31,581 nucleotides of DNA from a virus. Lineage: Duplodnaviria > Caudoviricetes. Both the position numbers and the translations under genes were made by a program. This document shows, one piece after another, positions 26,743-31,581 of the stretch (positions are counted from its first letter, which is position 1; each line of letters opens with the position of its first letter). The DNA is taken from the IMG/VR virus record IMGVR_UViG_3300030331_001136, positions 1 to 31,581 of that record; one strand, written 5' to 3'. The notes beneath the pieces are model-generated. The model was not told the origin of the DNA and did no database searches. It saw only the letters and a list, made by a program, of their open reading frames with translations.

Positions 26743-27959
26743 TAACTCCACCTTTGCGGTTGGCTAGGCACAAAGTTTCTTCGCAATGGAAATAAATATT
26801 CCACTAAGTAACCCAAGGCATCGTTCATGTGGTCGAAACCGCTGTCTTTATCGGGCTGTGTTGTGCCTTCCTTATAAATTTGTCTTTCCAAACTTTTAAT
26901 AACATTTTTACATGATTTTACAACAAACAAAGAATTTTTTCCATTAACATTTTTTAATTTAGAATTTACTGCATTTATTCGGTTTCTGACTAAGGGGGCT
27001 GTGTTTCTTGTCCTTACACTAAACCCAGCATTTTTAAGTATAGCCAAATCTGTAACACCACCCGCAGAAGTCTTTCTTTGTCTTGCACTTGGGTCGGGGT
27101 AAACAGCTATCTGTTTGTTTTTGTATCTGTTTCTAATTTCTTCACACATTTCATTCGTATTACTACTGTATATCTGTATTTCATCTATTACAATTATTTT
27201 ATCATGCTGAACAATACAAACAACACCGCACATAGGGTCAATATTGAAGTCTAAACCGATGTGATAAATAGGGCTGTCGCTGTTATATTTTTCTAAAATG
27301 TTTTTATCTCGATTAAAGTTGTAATAAATCATTCCCGAATAATTAACAAATGTTGCTTCATATTCTTGCTGAAATGTTCTTAAATCTAAATCTTGTTTTG
27401 CCTGTTCTATTTCTTCTTGTGGAACTTGTCCGCCCTCTAATGTGGTGTATTTAAACGATGACCATTCATTGTTTATTTCACCCATTTTAAATAATTCATA
27501 TGACCAGTTACCAAATCCTCTAGGGCTTCCGCAGAATAAAGCATGACCATTTGTGTCTGATAATGTTGGTCTAAGCACTTCAAACCAAGCTGTTTTATTG
27601 ATGTCTGAAAATTCATCACAAACAATAAAATCAAGCCCAACACCTCTAAGAGATTGTTCATTATCGCTTCCCCGAAGTGTAATCTGTGAATTATTTCTAA
27701 GTGTAATTGTAAGGTCACTATGATTTATTGTTTTAACCCATTTGTGATATATCATTTTTTCTTTTAATACACCCCAGCAAATCGCCTTTGCTTGTCTATA
27801 GCTAGGGGCAACATACCAAACCTTCTTCTTGGGCTGTGAAGCAAACTTGGCTATTTCATTGATTGCTAAATATGTTTTGCCAAACCTTCTGCCTGTAATT
27901 AAAACCCTAAATCTTGATGGATTATTAATAACTTTCTTTTGTGGTTCTGTAAGTGGCAT
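26742..27959 (-). CDS. terL: Terminase large subunit
   Basis: Walker A GRRFGKT, Walker B IVCDE, nuclease GLDFN and DHMNDALGY. Confidence 0.97.
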   Translation of the reverse strand: MPLTEPQKKVINNPSRFRVLITGRRFGKTYLAINEIAKFASQPKKKVWYVAPSYRQAKAICWGVLKEKMIYHKWVKTINHSDLTITLRNNSQITLRGSDNEQSLRGVGLDFIVCDEFSDINKTAWFEVLRPTLSDTNGHALFCGSPRGFGNWSYELFKMGEINNEWSSFKYTTLEGGQVPQEEIEQAKQDLDLRTFQQEYEATFVNYSGMIYYNFNRDKNILEKYNSDSPIYHIGLDFNIDPMCGVVCIVQHDKIIVIDEIQIYSSNTNEMCEEIRNRYKNKQIAVYPDPSARQRKTSAGGVTDLAILKNAGFSVRTRNTAPLVRNRINAVNSKLKNVNGKNSLFVVKSCKNVIKSLERQIYKEGTTQPDKDSGFDHMNDALGYLVEYLFPLRRNFVPSQPQRWS

Positions 27960-28264
27960 TAGTCATTAGACCATGTTAAAGGTTCTTCTAATTGGTTCTC
28001 TTCTAATCTATCTTGCTGACCTAATATGTTTTTGCCTAAGAATATAAGCATCGACACATTACCCTTTTCTGCTGACTTCCATTGTAATTGTCTTAATCTC
28101 ATTTTCTGTTCTGCTCTACCTTTTGTAAGATATTCCGAATAACTCTTTTCTAAAAGGTCTGCTGAACAACCAAAAAAGTCTGCCATTTCTTTATTTGTAC
28201 AGCCAAACTTCGCTAATTTTTGTAATTGTTTTGTATCAATATTATATTTCTTTGGTCTTGCCAT
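27959..28264 (-). CDS. terS: Terminase small subunit
   Basis: MARPKK, HTH-like segment, GNVSMLIFLGKN.LGQ; coupled to terL. Confidence 0.85.
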   Translation of the reverse strand: MARPKKYNIDTKQLQKLAKFGCTNKEMADFFGCSADLLEKSYSEYLTKGRAEQKMRLRQLQWKSAEKGNVSMLIFLGKNILGQQDRLEENQLEEPLTWSND

Positions 28265-28408
28265 GTCCTTTTAACCCTAAGTGTAGGTAATTAGAATTTA
28301 TCTAGTATTTGTCTAAAAATCTACTTTTTTATTAAAAACCTAGCTTTTAATCTTGATTTAAGCGGTTTCTAGGGGGTGTAAACAAGTCTTCGGGTATGTT
28401 AGTACCCC

Positions 28409-28597
28409 CTAAAATAACATTTCTATCTGATTATTATTATCGGCTATTATGCCTTTTGGATTATTAATATCTATTATTTGTTTCTGCATTGTCTTATAAA
28501 GTAATGGATTAACTATTTTTAAACACTCCATAAGTTCTTCATATTTAGCATCTACTTCGGCTTGTTGTTCTTTTGTCAATCCATTATCGTATGTCAT
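28409..28597 (-). CDS. Hypothetical protein (62 aa)
   Basis: GAGGT RBS, ATGA coupling. Confidence 0.65.
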   Translation of the reverse strand: MTYDNGLTKEQQAEVDAKYEELMECLKIVNPLLYKTMQKQIIDINNPKGIIADNNNQIEMLF

Positions 28598-28794
28598 AAT
28601 TTATTTACCTCTATACATTCACCCATAACAATATTGTGATATGGCGGTACTTCTTTAGCACGATAATATATTAATCGCATTTGACATTCTTTTTTTTTTT
28701 CAAACTGCCAATCAAACATATGAGTAAAACAGGCTTGTTTGGCTTCTCCATTAGCTATCCAAGCTGAACAGATTAATGCTATTGCTTTAAACAT
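28594..28794 (-). CDS. Small Cys-containing, probably exported protein
   Basis: Start MFKAIALICS behind AAGGA; four Cys residues. Confidence 0.65.
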   Translation of the reverse strand: MFKAIALICSAWIANGEAKQACFTHMFDWQFEKKKECQMRLIYYRAKEVPPYHNIVMGECIEVNKL

Positions 28795-29017
28795 CTTTTT
28801 TATCCTTGCATAAACAAATTTTATAGTCTTTACCATTAAGATTTTTTATTCTGCCATTTTGTCTTGTATAATTATATTCTCGATTATTAAAAATCCATAC
28901 TACAGCAGAATTACATATATTACATTTTAAAGCATCACCAAGCATATGTTTTTTATATTCGGGAAATCGTAATTTTTGATGTTTCCATTTTCTTTCTTTT
29001 AACAAAATTAAACCCAA
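28787..29017 (-). CDS. Zn-binding hypothetical protein
   Basis: CNIC...CLC; start uncertain. Confidence 0.55.
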   Translation of the reverse strand: MGLILLKERKWKHQKLRFPEYKKHMLGDALKCNICNSAVVWIFNNREYNYTRQNGRIKNLNGKDYKICLCKDKKDV

Positions 29018-29835
29018 CCCTTCATGTCTAAATACAGTTCTGCTTCTTGTTTTGTGAACTCACCTTCTTTTATGGCTCTTAAAACATCGCTTGGGTTTTG
29101 TCTTGCAGATGTAACAATAAAAGGTTTTGTTATCTTTTTAGCTATACATTCTTTGAAACCTTTTAACCTCAAATCATACATATCAACCTTTTCTGTATTG
29201 CTCGATGGTATTTCATCTAAATATTTTTTGTCTGACAACCAATGTGCGGGGTGTTTTGCATATTGTTTATCTGTTATAGAATCATAATATTTGTTGAACA
29301 ATTCGCAAAGTTCAGTTGGTTTATTATGCCATTCTTTATCAAGTTTTCCAAAGTTTTTTTCGGCTCTACCTTTACTGACCTTATATTTTATCTTTTCCCA
29401 AAATATACTAAAATTATTGGTTTTAGGTTTAAGGGTATTGGTAGGGGTAGGGGTAGGGGGGTTTTGGCTAGGTTTTTTTGGTCTACCACCTAGCTTCCCG
29501 TTTTGCCTTGACGCTTCCCTTCTGTTTGTAATGTAAAGATATTCCTGTAATTGTCTTTCATTTTGAAAAACCCCATTTACCTCAACAAAAAACTCTTTTA
29601 TCACCTCATCACAAGCTAATTTTTCTGCTTCTGTGACACACATTGCTATACGATGATATGTAGTGGCATTGTTTGGTATACCTTGACACCTCTTGTTCCA
29701 ATTCCAACACAATAATCGAACATAGCAACCAATATGTGTATTTGTTAAATGTGCTGTTCCAGCAATAAAGTCATCTGTGAACAGATACCAAGCCTTTAAT
29801 TTTTCTCTTGGTTTTGAATTTTCTTGTATAAACAT
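29008..29835 (-). CDS. DUF1376 / YdaU-family replication initiator-like protein
   Basis: DDFIAGTAHLT...GCYVRLL, NGKLGGRPKK, and C-terminal FSIFW...K...HPAHWL motifs. Confidence 0.85.
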   Translation of the reverse strand: MFIQENSKPREKLKAWYLFTDDFIAGTAHLTNTHIGCYVRLLCWNWNKRCQGIPNNATTYHRIAMCVTEAEKLACDEVIKEFFVEVNGVFQNERQLQEYLYITNRREASRQNGKLGGRPKKPSQNPPTPTPTNTLKPKTNNFSIFWEKIKYKVSKGRAEKNFGKLDKEWHNKPTELCELFNKYYDSITDKQYAKHPAHWLSDKKYLDEIPSSNTEKVDMYDLRLKGFKECIAKKITKPFIVTSARQNPSDVLRAIKEGEFTKQEAELYLDMKGWV

Positions 29836-29860
29836 AAATCACTCCAATCTCATTAGTTTA

Positions 29861-30652
29861 TTAATAGCCCCAAACCTCTTTTCTTGCATTTAGGACAGTT
29901 TCCTCTTTCCAAATCCAGTTATCGGGATTAGGGATTAAAATATCCCTTACATCTTCTTTATTATCAACCATTTTAAGAAAATTTGCCATTGCTTTTACTG
30001 CATGAATACAAATAGACATAGGTGTTTGATAATCCTCAACAGATAGGTTTGTAAATTCTGCACCTTTAGTTTTTGTTGGTGTTTTCAAATACCATAAAGA
30101 TTGTCTTGCATTTGTACCTTTAAAATAAACTGCTTGTTGCATAGCATGGGATATTGATACTTCTTTTGGTAAATTTTTAGATGTTTTCAAATCTATGTAA
30201 AAATCTTCTTTTGTGTTTTTATCCTCGAAATGAAAATCTGTATAACCGATAAAAGGTATTCCCTCGATATCAAGTTGAACCTTTTTTTGATAATCTAAAA
30301 GTTCCCAGCGAAAAGCATAGTTTTGAAATGTCCTAGCCCCTAATTCTAACAATGGTACTAAATTTTCTCTTTCATCGTCAATTTTTGGGTCTGTGATACG
30401 ACTACAATTTGAATTGTATTCATCAATCATCTTTTTACTAGCTTCCTCAACTGATATTCCGTTTAAAACCATATTTAAACCACTTTCAACCGCACTTCCT
30501 CTTTCTGCTGAAGCACTTGTTGGGAATTGATAGCCAAATATTCTTCTTAAAGCCCATCTTTCCCTATAGAAAGCAAATTCGTTTAAATGACTAAAAGACA
30601 AGGGCAACAAACTTTTGTCACCCTCATCAAACTTTTTAAAATGTTCAATCAT
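29861..30652 (-). CDS. PD-(D/E)XK exonuclease
   Basis: LSFSHL, RGSAVE, GYTD, IDLKT and QQAVY motifs. Confidence 0.85.
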   Translation of the reverse strand: MIEHFKKFDEGDKSLLPLSFSHLNEFAFYRERWALRRIFGYQFPTSASAERGSAVESGLNMVLNGISVEEASKKMIDEYNSNCSRITDPKIDDERENLVPLLELGARTFQNYAFRWELLDYQKKVQLDIEGIPFIGYTDFHFEDKNTKEDFYIDLKTSKNLPKEVSISHAMQQAVYFKGTNARQSLWYLKTPTKTKGAEFTNLSVEDYQTPMSICIHAVKAMANFLKMVDNKEDVRDILIPNPDNWIWKEETVLNARKEVWGY

Positions 30653-30860
30653 CTATAGACCTCACATATTTTTTACAAACAGATAAATTTTTTTCTATTT
30701 GATTAATAAGGTCACCTGTATCTTTGAATACATTACTGCAAATACCAAAATGAATTCTATAATTTCTCAAATGAAATAAAGTATCTTCCATAACTTTAAT
30801 ATCTTTATTTACAGTTGTTTTATGCTGTTCTGTGCATAATCTTTCAATTTCATTTATCAT
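30645..30860 (-). CDS. Hypothetical protein
   Basis: Probable start MINEIE behind GGAG. Confidence 0.65.
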   Translation of the reverse strand: MINEIERLCTEQHKTTVNKDIKVMEDTLFHLRNYRIHFGICSNVFKDTGDLINQIEKNLSVCKKYVRSIDD

Positions 30861-30861
30861 T

Positions 30862-31101
30862 TTATACTCCATCAACAGGTTGTAATAAATCTTTTGATAT
30901 TAAACGATATTCTGCGTAATTTTTTCCATTATTTTCATTGACCATTCTTTTTGTATCAATGTTATAACCTTCTTGTCGCAAATCAAAAATAACTGCACTA
31001 AGTCTTGTGCATCTAAAATCGGTTATTGCTTCCCAAGATGTAATGGTTTTTTTCTCTAATAGTCTTTGTAAGACTAATTTTCTTTGTGATTGTTGGCTCA
31101 T
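30862..31101 (-). CDS. Winged helix-turn-helix protein (HTH_39-like)
   Basis: SQ...L..L....IT.WEA....RLSAVIFDLR..GY.I pattern. Confidence 0.85.
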   Translation of the reverse strand: MSQQSQRKLVLQRLLEKKTITSWEAITDFRCTRLSAVIFDLRQEGYNIDTKRMVNENNGKNYAEYRLISKDLLQPVDGV

Positions 31102-31113
31102 AACTATTCCTTT

Positions 31114-31470
31114 CTATAAATGTTTTTTCACCATTTCCCTTTCGTTGACAACTTTTGTTCTAAGGTCATCACGAAAAGTCTTAAAAGATTCAAACCTAAT
31201 TTTGGCTTGATTTCTTTGCTTCAAGGTTACCTTGTATCTATCAAAGTAATCCTTAAATTTCTTGTCCGAATAAATATGTCCATTTAATTCGGTCATGTTC
31301 TTATATCCGCCCTTTTCAACATAATAAAGTGTTAATTCTGCAATCAAAACTTTTTCTTCTTTTTTCATAAGGTCAACCGCTGTATCTAAATCGGCAAACA
31401 CTAAACCTAATTCTTCTTGTTTGTGTGATAGTAAATGCGGTTCAAATTCTAATAAATATATATCGTTCAT
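31114..31470 (-). CDS. Hypothetical helical protein (118 aa)
   Basis: ATGA-coupled to the HNH gene across the junction. Confidence 0.75.
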   Translation of the reverse strand: MNDIYLLEFEPHLLSHKQEELGLVFADLDTAVDLMKKEEKVLIAELTLYYVEKGGYKNMTELNGHIYSDKKFKDYFDRYKVTLKQRNQAKIRFESFKTFRDDLRTKVVNEREMVKKHL

Positions 31471-31479
31471 ATCTTATCC

Positions 31480-31577
31480 ATAAATTCTTTTGCTTCTATC
31501 CTATCCAATAAAACCTGTTTCCATTTTTTGTTTATTGATTTATCTGCATGGGCTTTATCGTGACACTTTCGGCAAAC
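31480..31577. repeat. Terminal direct repeat / circular overlap, copy 2
   Basis: Identical to 1-98; implies a circular map of about 31,479 bp. Confidence 0.95.
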
Positions 31578-31581
31578 AGGG

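Noticed and set aside
899-29536. Many plus-strand ORFs in the track
   Set aside because: They are antisense shadows of well-supported minus-strand genes with no recognisable motifs; only 3272-3649 is kept.
29861-30652. Cas4 or CRISPR-related system
   Set aside because: No Fe-S cysteine set, no repeat-spacer array and no cas genes; this is an ordinary phage PD-(D/E)XK nuclease.
1-31581. tRNA genes, genome-wide stop-codon recoding, or a specific host assignment
   Set aside because: No cloverleaf seen, all three stop codons end genes normally, and the host cannot be fixed from sequence alone.

Overview
This window looks like a complete, AT-rich tailed-phage genome of about 31,479 bp. The first 98 bp are repeated at 31480-31577, so it circularises, and an HNH nuclease gene missed by the ORF track spans the junction. 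Almost all genes are on the minus strand. An early/replication block holds small hypotheticals, a lipoprotein, HNH, an HTH protein, a PD-(D/E)XK nuclease and a DUF1376/YdaU initiator. It is followed by terS, terL, portal, basic microproteins, a MuF head protein with an HExxH metallopeptidase extension, scaffold, major capsid, neck, a siphovirus tail with a -1 frameshifted chaperone, tape measure, tail tip, receptor-binding proteins and lysis genes. Only a VRR-NUC gene is on the plus strand. I found no integrase, CI-type repressor, polymerase, tRNA or CRISPR array. The most unusual signal is three copies of a ~37-bp module (IHF-consensus box, fixed spacer, TTCCWGGATA) spaced ~9.5 kb apart, holding the only CCWGG sites I could find in a genome depleted of restriction-type palindromes. 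Second is a three-hairpin plus-strand leader whose loop is antisense to early-gene ribosome-binding sites. Third is an AAACCTAG motif shared by the early promoter, the initiator gene and the terS upstream region. All motif counts are by eye, and all family calls are from motif recognition without database searches.
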